NCBI RefSeq assembly: GCF_001194135.2
Contig: NC_068997.1
Span: forward strand, 11,821,420 to 11,885,419
Source of the DNA: Octopus bimaculoides
Lineage: Eukaryota
Direction: 5' to 3'
DNA: 64,000 nt
Shown here: positions 26,272-38,134 of the stretch, piece after piece
Position numbering within the stretch: the stretch's first letter is position 1
How the letters are laid out: each line of letters begins with the position of its first letter
Notes under the pieces: generated by a model
Told to the model about the DNA's origin: nothing
The model's database searches: none
The model's input: the letters and a program-made list of their open reading frames with translations, nothing else
Program-made: the position numbers and the translations under genes

Positions 26272-26460
26272 TATGGGAGAATGTACGAAAAAACAACAAC
26301 AGACGAGGACAGGTGGTGTAAATAACAAAAGGATGTATTAGTATGACGCTCGGGAATACGGAAAGTCTTTGACGTTTCGAGCTACGCTGTTCAACAGAAA
26401 GAATACGGAGACAAGGAGAAAAACACGGAGAAAAAAAATTGAATAGTGTTCAGTCAACGG
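26272..26460 (-). mobile_element. Penelope-type terminal-repeat fragment with hammerhead-like motif
   Basis: Minus strand 26402-26366 reads TCTTT-CTGTTGA-A-CAGCGTAGCTC-GAAAC-GTC-AAAGA. Confidence 0.5.
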
Positions 26461-26814
26461 TCAATCATATATATATGTGTGTGTGTGTGTATGTATGTAT
26501 AAGCAGAAACGTGTGTTGTTCGCTTTAGAACAACGTAACAAATTATTTTAAGAATGTTTACCAAATTCGCAGCAACACTCATATACAACGGAATATAGTG
26601 TACGAACAACAAAGATCAGACTCCAAGGTTTCGTTGTATTAAAATAGGAATCATTGAAGGTAAGAGAGGTGGAGATACCGGACATTGTAAGGAACAGGAC
26701 TATTAAATTTAGGAAAAGAAATCTTCTAAGTTAGTTAATTAAATTATTCTTTCCTTTCCCTATAACGGTTTCCATACTCCTTTTCTCTTACACACACACG
26801 CAGACAGATAGGTA

Positions 26815-26819
<5 letters not shown>

Positions 26820-26864
<45 letters not shown>

Positions 26865-26923
26865 GAGAAAAATAGATCGAGAGAGAGAAAAATAGATAGA
26901 TAGATAAATAGATAGATAGATAA

Positions 26924-26987
<64 letters not shown>
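26820..26987. repeat. (TA)n and (GATA)n microsatellites
   Basis: Directly visible. Confidence 0.95.
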
Positions 26988-26988
<1 letters not shown>

Positions 26989-28368
26989 GAAGAAGCAACA
27001 AGGGGAGGAAGTGGTACATGGAAAGTATTGAAAGGCGCTCAAAGAGGGAAAAAAAGGTTTTTACGTTTAGAGCAAAGCTCTTCTTCAGAAACAGGAGACA
27101 GACGAAAGTCCAAGGCAGGAACAAAAATAGCTAATCTACATGTTACAGTTTGAAATTACCTATATATCTAGCAATCTATCTATCTATATATATGTGTGTA
27201 TGTATATGTGTATATATATGTGTATGTATGTATGTATGTATATTAGTTTATATAGGCGCTTCTGCAAATTGTATGTACTTAGAACCATGTAGTTATTGAA
27301 TGTCGGCATTCAGAATTCATATTGTCGAAAGCTTAGTAGATGGTTTTAAATACTATGATAGAGATATTTTTTCAGTCATTGAGTCACATTTAAATTTGTG
27401 TGTCTTCCTAATATATTCAAGTTTTATACTCCAAATATAGGCCTATTAATTTTTATCATGTTTGAATACATTTTAAATTCTATTAGAAGTAATAGCATAA
27501 TGCCTGAATATTTTAGATGTATAAAAACTTAAATTTGAATTAACTGAAGAATAAATTATTTTTGGTTTTTCCTTGTTTGAAGGCACTCATTCATTTTTTG
27601 AAGATTATTTAAATGAATAACGTTAAAGGAAATTCCTTCATCACACACAATATCTATTTAATGAAAAGCTGAGACGAGAATGTTTAAGATATCTATCTTT
27701 CTTTATATTTCCTGCCACCTACACGTTTTTGTGAAGCCACGGATTTTAAATAGGTAATTATTTAAATCTCCGTGATTACCTACAGAAACTTTATGGTTCA
27801 ACTTCGATCTAAATCTCCAAATTGATTCGCGTTACTTATTTGCAACATACGGTAAAGCTTGCCGCATGGAAACTATATAAATTAGAACAGTACATTGGTG
27901 GTGGTCGTCCTTGCATTCTCTAAGAAAACGAAGGCCCTTTTGTCCTATCCCTTTTCACTATCTAAGCTGCTACACCTTTGGAATAGCCACCAGGGCAATA
28001 CGATCGTGGCAAAAATCTATTTCAAGTGGAATAGGTGTTGAAAAAATCAAAAGTTAGAGTTCTCATCTTTCATGTAAAAACCAAACTTTGGTTCACCTTT
28101 AAAATACTGTACAATTCGTGTCTGGAAACGATCAGGAACATTATGAGGAGAAAGATCCGGTTACCAGTAACAGCTGCAAATGTCCTTTTGGAAGATTTTT
28201 TTTGGCAACCATGAATGACATTAGAAACAAAGTCATGCATTACAGATCTAAGAATGTGTGAAGATGAAGCAAATGCTTATTGGAGTATATAGTCTTTTCA
28301 TCAACTCTACCATAGCAAAACAATCTTTTACCCATGCTGTCTCATCTTACAATCTGTGACAGGATATT

Positions 28369-28435
28369 GGCAGCAAGATGACAGAATCGTTAGCACACCG
28401 GGCAAACTACGTAGCGGCATTTTGATTCTTCGCTC
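28369..28435 (+). mobile_element. SINE family B head fragment
   Basis: GGCAGCAAGATGACAGAATCGTTAGCACACCGGGCAAA matches the family B head at 30140. Confidence 0.6.
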
Positions 28436-28844
28436 TCAGGATATTTTTTAATTTCCCATAGTCTTGCATTAAGGGGCTAATTTTAAATGATTTTGACATT
28501 TGTTACTATTTTAATCAGTAAGCAATTAAACGTCTGAGAGAAGAATGTAATCAACCATTTGCTTGGCATTTGAGAGAGACAACAGGAACTTAAAAAAAAA
28601 ACAACGCTACATTCTCAGAAACACTTATATCTCTCAGCCTTATCTAGAATCCCTGAAGATTTTTGTATTTAATAGTAGACATCGAGAGTGCTTTTCTTGC
28701 TTCTGTGAAACTTTAATAGGATTCTGCGTTAGTATCGACGAACAGATAATCCTAAACTCTACGAAAGCTGGTGTGTTCTCTTTATTTTCTTGTCTATATA
28801 TTTATTACTTTTTCCTTCTCTCTCTCTCTAACTCATCCTCTCTC

Positions 28845-28880
<36 letters not shown>

Positions 28881-29319
28881 NNNNNNNNNNNNNNNNNNNN
28901 NNNNNNNNNNNNNNNNNNNNNNNNNNNNNNNNNNNNNNNNNNNNNNNNNNNNNNNNNNNNNNNNNNNNNNNNNNNNNNNNNNNNNNNNNNNNNNNNNNNN
29001 NNNNNNNNNNNNNNNNNNNNNNNNNNNNNNNNNNNNNNNNNNNNNNNNNNNNNNNNNNNNNNNNNNNNNNNNNNNNNNNNNNNNNNNNNNNNNNNNNNNN
29101 NNNNNNNNNNNNNNNNNNNNNNNNNNNNNNNNNNNNNNNNNNNNNNNNNNNNNNNNNNNNNNNNNNNNNNNNNNNNNNNNNNNNNNNNNNNNNNNNNNNN
29201 NNNNNNNNNNNNNNNNNNNNNNNNNNNNNNNNNNNNNNNNNNNNNNNNNNNNNNNNNNNNNNNNNNNNNNNNNNNNNNNNNNNNNNNNNNNNNNNNNNNN
29301 NNNNNNNNNNNNNNNNNNN

Positions 29320-29356
<37 letters not shown>

Positions 29357-29930
29357 TGTGTGTGTGTGTGTATGTATATAAATACATGCATACATACAGG
29401 AACACTGGCATATATACATATAGTGCATATGTGTGTTTGTGCATTTATTAGATTACTTGTATGTACATTTAAATTTATACACCTGTATTCGACTCTATAT
29501 TGTTGTTTATTACATCGAATGTCTATTTGACTTATTTATTCATTGACATGTATGTCGACATATCTTTACCGAGATAATTATCTTTAGGCTTCAATTATAT
29601 TACAGGACTATTACAAATTGGAAAAATACGAGAGATACGAGAGAGAAAGTAAGAATAGATTTAAAACAAAAACCAAAACCGAAAGAAAAGACGTTAAGAT
29701 GTAATCATCTCAATGATGGAATAACTTCACACATTAACACTTAATCAGTAGAAAGATTGGTAAAAGAAAATAATACAGCAAATATAACGATTCATATAAG
29801 ATACATTATCAAATGGAAAATTGTAAAAATATATGTTGTTGGTAACAGCTCTAAGCGGAAATGTTAGAGCAATGTATAGAGAAATAATCAGGAAATCCTG
29901 CAAACACGCACAATCTCTCTCTCTCTCTCA

Positions 29931-29981
<51 letters not shown>

Positions 29982-30139
29982 ACACGAACTCGCACAAACA
30001 CACACACATACACACACACGCACACAACCATACGCGAACGCGCTCACACATATTGTGCATATAAGATTTCGTAAATCTTTCGATATACGATTGCTCTCAT
30101 ACTTGAATACAAAATTCCATCAGTATTACTTTTACGAAA

Positions 30140-30349
30140 GGCGGCGAACTGGCAGAAGCGTTAGCACGCCGCGCGAAATGCTTAGTAGTATTTCTCCATC
30201 TTTACGTTCTGAGTTCAAATTCTGCCGAGGTCGACTTTGCCTATTATCTTTTCGGGGTTGATAAATTAAGTACCAGTTGCGTACTGGGGTCTATCTAATC
30301 GACTGGCCCCTCCCCAAAAGTTTCGAGCCTTGTACCTAGAGTAGGAAAT
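30140..30349 (+). mobile_element. tRNA-derived SINE, family B, full length, with 13-bp flanking direct repeat
   Basis: GGCGGCGAACTGGCAGAAGCGTTAGCACGCC..GAGTTCAAATTC (B-box)..AAGTACCAGTTG..GTAG. AGTATTACTTTTA occurs at 30122-30134 and 30350-30362. Confidence 0.88.
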
Positions 30350-31068
30350 AGTATTACTTTTATTCAAGAAGTAGACCGCGAGTTTCATATTGCAGCCGAG
30401 TCAATAAGTCAGCAGTCCAGATCGTGCCAGATAATATTGTTATATGCATGGTGAAGACATTTGGCAGTAGTGTACATCAGTGATGCACAACTTCATAATC
30501 ACAGTAAAAATAAATTAGCCCTTATTTATTTTGAGACAGCCGGCTAACGACGCCTCTGTAAAGCCATTTGGGAAAATGATGTCGGTTTTAATACTAAATT
30601 TTATTTTGAAGAGTTACATATCTACGAACTGGTATAAATTTCACCCGCTTGCAAATGAAAATATCAGATACCGAAATTTAAAAATTCACTAGTACAACAT
30701 ACTATTCTTTTGATCAAGACCAATTATTTAATTCAATTTTCAAACTTATGAATTGGAAAAATATTATCAGAAGCTCCTATGCACATTGTAATTCGCATGT
30801 AGTTCAGAGAGCAAAGGAAAACTGAACGGCAACATTACTCATAAAAGTTTTTGCATCTTTTGATGCTATCGAACAGAGTTATAATTCACGAATGCAAAGA
30901 AAAATATTACTCGTTAAAACATTACATATATATTACAACACGTACTCAAAATCCACCCTGAACAATTAGAGAGAATGGAGTGAATTACTCACAAGGAAAA
31001 AGCAATACCCATATTTCTAAATTGTGTGTTCATATGTATTTGAGTACATATGCATATATCCTTATTCG

Positions 31069-31425
31069 TGGCACTCCGTCGGTTGCGACGACGAGGGTTC
31101 CAATTCATCCGATCATCGGAACAGCCTGCTTGTGAAATTAACGTGCATGTGGTTGAGCATCCTACAGACACGTGTACCTTTAATGTAGTTGTTAGGGAAT
31201 TTCAGCGGACACAGATTGTGACAAGGCTGTCCCTTTGAAATGCAGGTACAACACAAACAAGAAGAAAGAGTGACAGAAAGTTGTGGTGAAAGAGTTCAGC
31301 AGGGTTCTTCGCAGAGCTTAAGTGCTTTCGCTCAATAAACACTCACAATGCCCGGTATGGAAATCGAAACCGCGATCCTACGACCGCGAGTCCGCAGCCC
31401 TAACAACTAGGCCATTGCGCCTCCA
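31069..31425 (-). mobile_element. SINE family C variant (shared 3' module, different middle)
   Basis: The 3' ~180 bp is homologous to 16440-16612. A tRNA-like head lies at 31345-31425 and the middle is distinct. Confidence 0.8.
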
Positions 31426-31464
31426 CATATGTTTATATATATATATCTATGGGGTGATGTGTAC

Positions 31465-31725
31465 TGGCCCTCCTTCGGTTACGACGATGAGGGTTCTAGT
31501 TGATCCGATCAACGGAAGAGCCTGCTAGTGAAATTAACGTGCATATGGCTGAGAATTCCACAGATGCATGTACCTTTAATGTAGTCCTCTGGGAGATTCA
31601 GCGTGAAACAAAGTGTGACAGGGCTGGCTCTTTGAAAGACTGGTACTGCTCATTTTTACCAGCTGAGTGAACTAGAACAACGTGAAATAAGGTGTCTTGG
31701 CCAAGGACACAACTCATCATCGGAA
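31465..31725 (-). mobile_element. SINE family C, 5'-truncated
   Basis: Homologous to 16365-16612. Confidence 0.85.
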
Positions 31726-31728
31726 ATT

Positions 31729-31925
31729 GGCAGAAATGTTAGCACGCCGGGCGAAATGCTTAGCATTATTTCGTTCTTTACATTCTGAGTACAAATTCCA
31801 CCGAGGCCGTCTTTGCCTTTCATCCTTTCGGGGTCGATAAATTAAGTACGAGTTGCGTACTGCGGTCGATCTAATATAATGCCCCCCTCCCCAAAACGTT
31901 CGAGCACTGTAGAGTAGAAAAGAGT
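31729..31925 (+). mobile_element. SINE family B
   Basis: Colinear with 30140-30349. Confidence 0.88.
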
Positions 31926-32848
31926 ATATGTTATTAAATAATATATTAAATAGTATACCAAATGTATTCAGTGCTACTTTATTCCGCTTGTGTGTGTGTG
32001 TGTGTGTATGTGAATATGTGTGTCTATATTAATATATTTATATGTACACACACACACACACGCATATATATATATATATATATCATGCACGTGTATGTGT
32101 GTATTATTTAATTCTTAGTGTATTATAAACATAAACAATACTATGAATTGTTGTTTACCTGATACTTGTAAGAAACCGTCAGTAATATATTGTGCATTGA
32201 CCGATATGTAACAATAAAATTTGATGGTTTTTCTATACAGTACGTATATAGTTAATAAATCAATTGTTTATCAAACTGGTTCTCATTTCATATAAAGATT
32301 ATTCTTGACAACATGTCATTTCTTTATACGTAACTTTGAGTTTTATATGTATATTTTTTAGCAGTCCATCGATATTATGTAGTTTTCTTCTATTGGTTTT
32401 TATCGAGTCTCAGCAGTGGAGTTGATAACAAACAACTCAGCAGGTAGAATGTAATTTTGTAGAACTGATCAGAAAATATTTAAAAAATGAACTAGAAAGA
32501 ATGGTAGAAAACTTGTTTATTACAAGCAAAATGACAACTTTTATGTTTGAAAGTCTACATCTTCGTGGAGATTTAATGTCTCATATAAATTTTACACAGT
32601 TCAAAACATATAACTGTGTACAGTCACAAATGTTTGATACATAGTATCACTTTTTTTTGTTGTTCTTCGTATCTTTATACCATTTTCAAGAAATAATGTT
32701 TTCCATCCATCAAGTAGTTATACAGAATTGATAATATTCTAGCAATGTTGTTCCGATATTCCCAACAGTGAACGACTCTCAAATGATATTATCGTAAAGC
32801 CTTTAATAACATTTCGTTTGACCATTCTTTTTATTTTACGGATATATT

Positions 32849-32886
<38 letters not shown>

Positions 32887-33039
32887 TCTGGACATGTACG
32901 TGTGTTTATATGTGACTGCGTGTGGGCGCGCGTTTGTATGCGCGCGCATTTGTGTGCACTTGAACATATAAAGAACATATTTATTTATTGTTGTATTATC
33001 ATAAGATTATAAGTAATGATTATTTCCGTTTCAAATTTT

Positions 33040-33459
33040 GACGCAAGGCCAGCAGTATCGGGATAGGGGGGAAAATCGATTACATCGATCTCATTCTTCA
33101 CTGGTACTTATTTTATAGGCGCTGAAAAGATGAAAGACAATGTCGATCTCGGTCGAATTTCAACTCACGATCAACATATACTGCCACTATGGTACATATA
33201 AAAATTAGCATTCCATATATTTTTCACATTTATATCTTGTGTGGGAATGCATGTATAAACACACAAAAGCAAACTCGGGGCACATATATAAACGTTATTT
33301 CGTTAATATTTTTTTATCATTAAGGCGTCGAGCTGGCAGAAACGCTAGCACGCAGGGCGAAATGTTTAGCGCTATTTCGTCTGTGTGTACGTTCTGAGTA
33401 CAAATTCCGCCGTTAAACATTTTGCACCGACACTCTAACAATACTGCTAACTCACTGCC

Positions 33460-33531
<72 letters not shown>

Positions 33532-33767
33532 GCAGCAACAACAATAACAAGAATTATCATTTCTACTATAGCCACAAGGTCTAAATTTTTGTGGGGGGGG
33601 GGAGGATAGTCGATTNNNNNNNNNNATTTTTGTGGGGGGGAGGATAGTCGATTACATCGACCCGAAATGATAAAAGGAAAAGTTGGACCTCGGTTGAATT
33701 TGAACTGAGAACGTAAAGACGGACGAAATTTTACCCGGTGTGCTAATGATTCTGCGAGCTCGCCGCC

Positions 33768-33800
<33 letters not shown>
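33040..33800. mobile_element. Cluster of SINE family B copies in both orientations around (TAA)n
   Basis: Minus copy 33040-33175, plus head 33322-33412, minus head 33413-33452, (TAA)n 33451-33530, and minus copy 33545-33769. Confidence 0.8.
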
Positions 33801-34589
33801 GTAATGGTGATGACGTTGATAACAATAACAACAGCAACAACAACGGTAGCAACAACTTGTATTTTCATTTCAGAAATTTTATTTTTCGTGAAATAATTTG
33901 TAAATAATTATTTCTAACTTTGCAATTAGCTCTCAAGTTTTAAAAGAAGTTTCTAGTCCATTGAGTTAATGAGAAATCTAGTCAGGCACTTATTTATCGA
34001 ACGTTAGGACTACACACCAACCACAACGCAATTCAAGTTCAAAGACCTAACGTCATGAAACCAAAACTTTCAATGCATTCCGACCGGATAATTAGTACCA
34101 AAATCATACTCTCTACGTCCCATTTAATATCATAAATTTCACAGTAATACCATTTTGTAACATTAAACTTTTCATAATTTAACATGCTTGATAAATCGTA
34201 CTCGATATTCTATCGCCGAATGTAAACATACCTATACCATTTGAGAGAGATTTCAATGCCTTCTTTTATTATTTTGTTGCTGAGGAAGGAAATATCCATC
34301 ATGCTTCTTTGTTTCCAATAAAATGGATGACAAAGTAACGAAACATTACGTGTTATGTACTAATTATTCGATGTACTTTTGCATTCAGTTTTCGGCCACC
34401 ATTTTTATACCGAAGCTTTAGTTTAAAAGAAGACATGCTCTAAAATATTTGCCTCGGTGCCGAGCAGTGAGCTCAATTTCAAAAACAACTGAAAGCATGG
34501 GCTACTTTTAGAGAAATGAGCCGAACCAGAATTAGCTCATCAACATCTGGTCCACACTATTCAAAACTTTTTAAATAATTTTTCGTTAG

Positions 34590-34698
34590 GCGTACCATTC
34601 AGAAAATCCAACAATCCGCCGATTGCCCAGGACTGTCTTAAATTGATGTGGGTGATCATGCAACTAGACAGCGATAAAAGTTTTCCCTACATGAAACG
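34590..34698 (+). CDS. Candidate internal coding exon, unidentified protein: (x)VPFRKSNNPPIAQDCLKLMWVIMQLDSDKSFPYMK(R)
   Basis: Acceptor TTTTTCGTTAG and donor ACG|GTAAAA. Only one of three frames is open (phase 1 to 2), and the sequence is non-repetitive. No family recognised. Confidence 0.3.
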
Positions 34699-35408
34699 GT
34701 AAAAATAAATTATACGTATTAGATATAAATATGCCATATCGGTTTCTGTTTTTATATCTATATACATACCTGCACAATTACATGCACACGTACAACACTT
34801 ACATACATATGAGGCACAGTAAAGCTTTCTAAGACATTCCAAAAATTATCCACCTGGAATTCTTATGTGAATAGATGCACACACACTTGGATGTATGCAT
34901 CGGCACTTCGATCAGCACGCCATCTCAACTACATATTTATAAACACCGGAAACCCTCTTCATTCAAAGTGTCTAGTCACTTTGTAAGCAAACAGCTTGAA
35001 CTCTCTTAAGAAGAACCTAACCAAATTATGCATACATACTGAGTTTACACGGATTGCGCGAAAACCATTAATGAGCTAAAATACACAATCATAACCTTCA
35101 CACAGTCCATACAGTCAGACTCTTTCAGATGCATTTTAAAATATGTGTAGAAGAGTCAACTTATTCATTCAAAAATGAAGGATGATACGTTCAACACCTC
35201 TTATAAAGTTTTTAAAGTTTTGTAAAGTCTAATATATTCTTTTGTATATCATATATTTATTTTGCAATAAAATACTTACTGCGGAGAGACCTTTTGAACA
35301 CCATGTGTATTGACAATAATATGATTTCATTGCAAAGGGACTGATAAATATAATTAGTTTATCAAACAATCATAGACAATCGATTATCTCTTATTTGTTA
35401 ATTTTAAC

Positions 35409-35701
35409 TTGTTTTAGTCATTCCGTGGCCATTCTGGAGCACCACTTTGAAGATTTTTAGTCGAAGGAATCGTTCATAGTACTTATTTTTCCCTTAAGCC
35501 TGGTGTTCTATCAGTTTATATTGCCGAATCACTACGTTTGTCATGCTGTGCTGGAGAACAAACACAGACACAAACAAAAATCCCCCACACATACACAAAC
35601 ACACGCACACATATATATGAGGGGACAGTCCTATATACGTGTCCGTCAACCAAATTCACGCACAATGCTTCATTCGGCCGATGGCTAGAGTAGAAGACAC
35701 G
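35409..35701 (-). mobile_element. SINE family A, diverged
   Basis: Tail GGCCATTCTGGAGCACCAC and body GTCCGTCAACCAAATTCAC..TAGAAGACAC. Confidence 0.75.
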
Positions 35702-36457
35702 TATTGAGAAACACATGAGTCAACGATCTTCCACTTGAGATGTGCCATTCACGGCTCTCCTGTCATACTTACACCAACTGTTATTATCAGCAGTACCGAA
35801 AGTGGGAATGGAACCATATAAGCGATTACCATTATAAGCAAGTGTTTGTGTGCGCTACCTCAGGGATTTTAGATCATCCTAAAAGGCATCGTTTTTTTTC
35901 TATATGTGTGTGTGTGTGTGTGTGTGTGTATGTTTTTGAATATTTAGAGATCGCGGAAGTAGGAATAGAAGAAAATGAGACACAGATAAAAGGAAACAGA
36001 AAAGAAGAAAGCAAAGACCAAAAGAGAAAGGAAAGAAAGAGGGCTGAAAGGAAATGTAAAAGAAATAAAAGTAAACTTCTCTGGCTGCCATGCATATAAT
36101 TCGACGGGAGAGTTCATTATATACGTGGGGTGGATGCGCGCACAATTTGTGCGTGCGTGCGTGTACATACAAGCATATAAGAGAGAGTTGTTCTGCAACA
36201 TTACTTCTATAGACCACATTTCGTAATGTCGAATTTGATCACGTTTCTAACTGTAACAGAAAACTGAAAATTATGTATTATGTACGTCTAGTGTATCTCG
36301 TTCTGGAGATATCTTCCATAAATTTCGAAAAAAAAAAATCTCTCTGCAATTCTGTACTTTGTTTAATGATGGGATTAAATATTTGATTTCATTCAATCTA
36401 ACTAAACTTACAAGTTCGTTTAATTTGTCTTTTACCTCAGAAATAATTACATTTCAG

Positions 36458-36535
36458 ATCCGTAATTCTTTAACACTAGGATTAAGAAATCAATTTGATT
36501 CAATTCCACTCAAAATTGGAGATTATGATTTTCAA
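36458..36535 (+). CDS. Candidate coding exon IRNSLTLGLRNQFDSIPLKIGDYDFQ, unidentified protein
   Basis: Acceptor ATTACATTTCAG (alternative TGTCTTTTACCTCAG at 36440 keeps the same frame) and consensus donor CAA|GTAAGC. It is 78 nt with an open frame. Confidence 0.4.
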
Positions 36536-37730
36536 GTAAGCCTGACTATCTTTCTTCACATGAAATATTTTCCTCAATCTACCTCTTTTGTATATATTTT
36601 ATAAATGACTTTATTTTATGACTCTCACAAGATTTACCACCTTAGACTATTCTAAACTTGTTTCGCGATATTTCATATCCAGTCCTTTTACTTCGCTTTC
36701 GATATCCATCATTTAATTTGTTTCTTTATCTTTAATTTTAAAACCTTTATAAAATTTGAATAATTTACATTGAGTTAGTGGTATTAGGGAGCTCCACTAT
36801 AAATATGTAAATCTGCTTGTTTTATACAACCGTATTCTATAATCTAGTGTCATGATGTCTTATTCCCACCTTCATTACCTTTTCATATAAAACATTTATC
36901 TGACTGTTATTAATGATGCATGGATTGATGCATTCGTTTCCCTTTTCGTAATCGATCTTTCACACATACACAAACACACACACACACTCTCCCTCTCTCT
37001 CCCCTCTCTCTCCCCTCCCCGTCCCCTCTCTCTCCCCTCCCCGTCCCCTCTCTCTCTCTCTTTCTCTCACAAACACATACTGACACATACGCGTGCATAC
37101 AGTGTCATTCTTAATATAAACTGTTTGGATGTATTTCTACACATACACGCTCACAAAGACACATATCTTGAAACAAAACCCATCAGTGTTATCCGATACG
37201 TTATCACCGTCTCTGTCATTTATCTATCACAAGTACAAGTGAAAAACTTCATGGAAGTTGAAGCCTTACGTATGTAATAGTGTCACTTATAAGCTAACAT
37301 AATGTTACTAAGCGCAGTATCTTTTAGCTTTTAGACGTTCACTTAAGCTGCACCTATGTGATTTTCATAGAGCTGATCGATACGGTTTTAATGAAATTCG
37401 TTCACTCTTATTACTTTGTGCATCACCCTGGTTAGATAAGCATGGATTTTTTCCTTGTTCTCACAAAAGAAAATATCATGTGACACAGTCACTGATCTCA
37501 TAAATAGAAAATTTATTATTTCTAAATCTCTGAACGGATGTTACTGAATGTTTGTCGTTCAGAGACTTAGAAATAAAAATATGCCTTGAACTTAAATTTA
37601 TACATGTGATGAATACTTCTTAAACATGCTTTGTGAACACCAGCAATTGGTTGATTCGTCAAACAAGAAAGATTTTTTAAATTGTTCTATTCGACTGTAA
37701 ATATTTTTAATATTGTTCTATCCAAAATTA

Positions 37731-37926
37731 TTAGCATGCCGGATAAACGCTTATTGTAATTTTGTCCGTCTCTGCTTTCTGAATTAAAATTCTGCCGAGG
37801 ATCAGTTTGGCTTTCATCATTTTGGGGTCGATAAAATCGGTACCAGTCAAACAATTGGGGTGATGAAATTGACTATGACCCTTCTCCAAGACCCCAGACA
37901 TTGGACCTCTAGTAGAAAAGAATATT
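37731..37926 (+). mobile_element. SINE family B, diverged
   Basis: Colinear with 30140-30349 (TTAGCA..AATTCTGCCGAGG..GGGGTCGATAAAA..GTAGAAAAGAAT). Confidence 0.75.
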
Positions 37927-38058
37927 TGGTTGTCCTCCGTTCCGTCAATGCATCGTACCTAGAGAACCTGGTTTTCGATGAGTAACGTTTCAGTGCTTGT
38001 AATTACACACACCTCAAGTATAGTTACGTTTGGCATTTGTCTTTCCCTAACATTCCAG

Positions 38059-38134
38059 AAATTTAACGAAGTTCTCTTTTGGTGAATACAAGACTTCCAT
38101 TGCAATTATTGAATGCATCCTGGAAGGATATTGA
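38059..38134 (+). CDS. Candidate terminal coding exon NLTKFSFGEYKTSIAIIECILEGY*
   Basis: Strong acceptor with branch-like CTAAC (TTTGTCTTTCCCTAACATTCCAG). It is phase-compatible with the 34590-34698 candidate. No family recognised. Confidence 0.22.

Noticed and set aside
27850-28220. Possible Helitron helicase remnant on the minus strand
   Set aside because: The peptide resemblance is ambiguous and could be aligned to two different helicase regions. It needs an HMM search.
33585-33652. Duplicated ATTTTTGTGGGGGGGAGGATAGTCGATT
   Set aside because: The copies flank a 10-N gap, a typical contig-overlap artefact.
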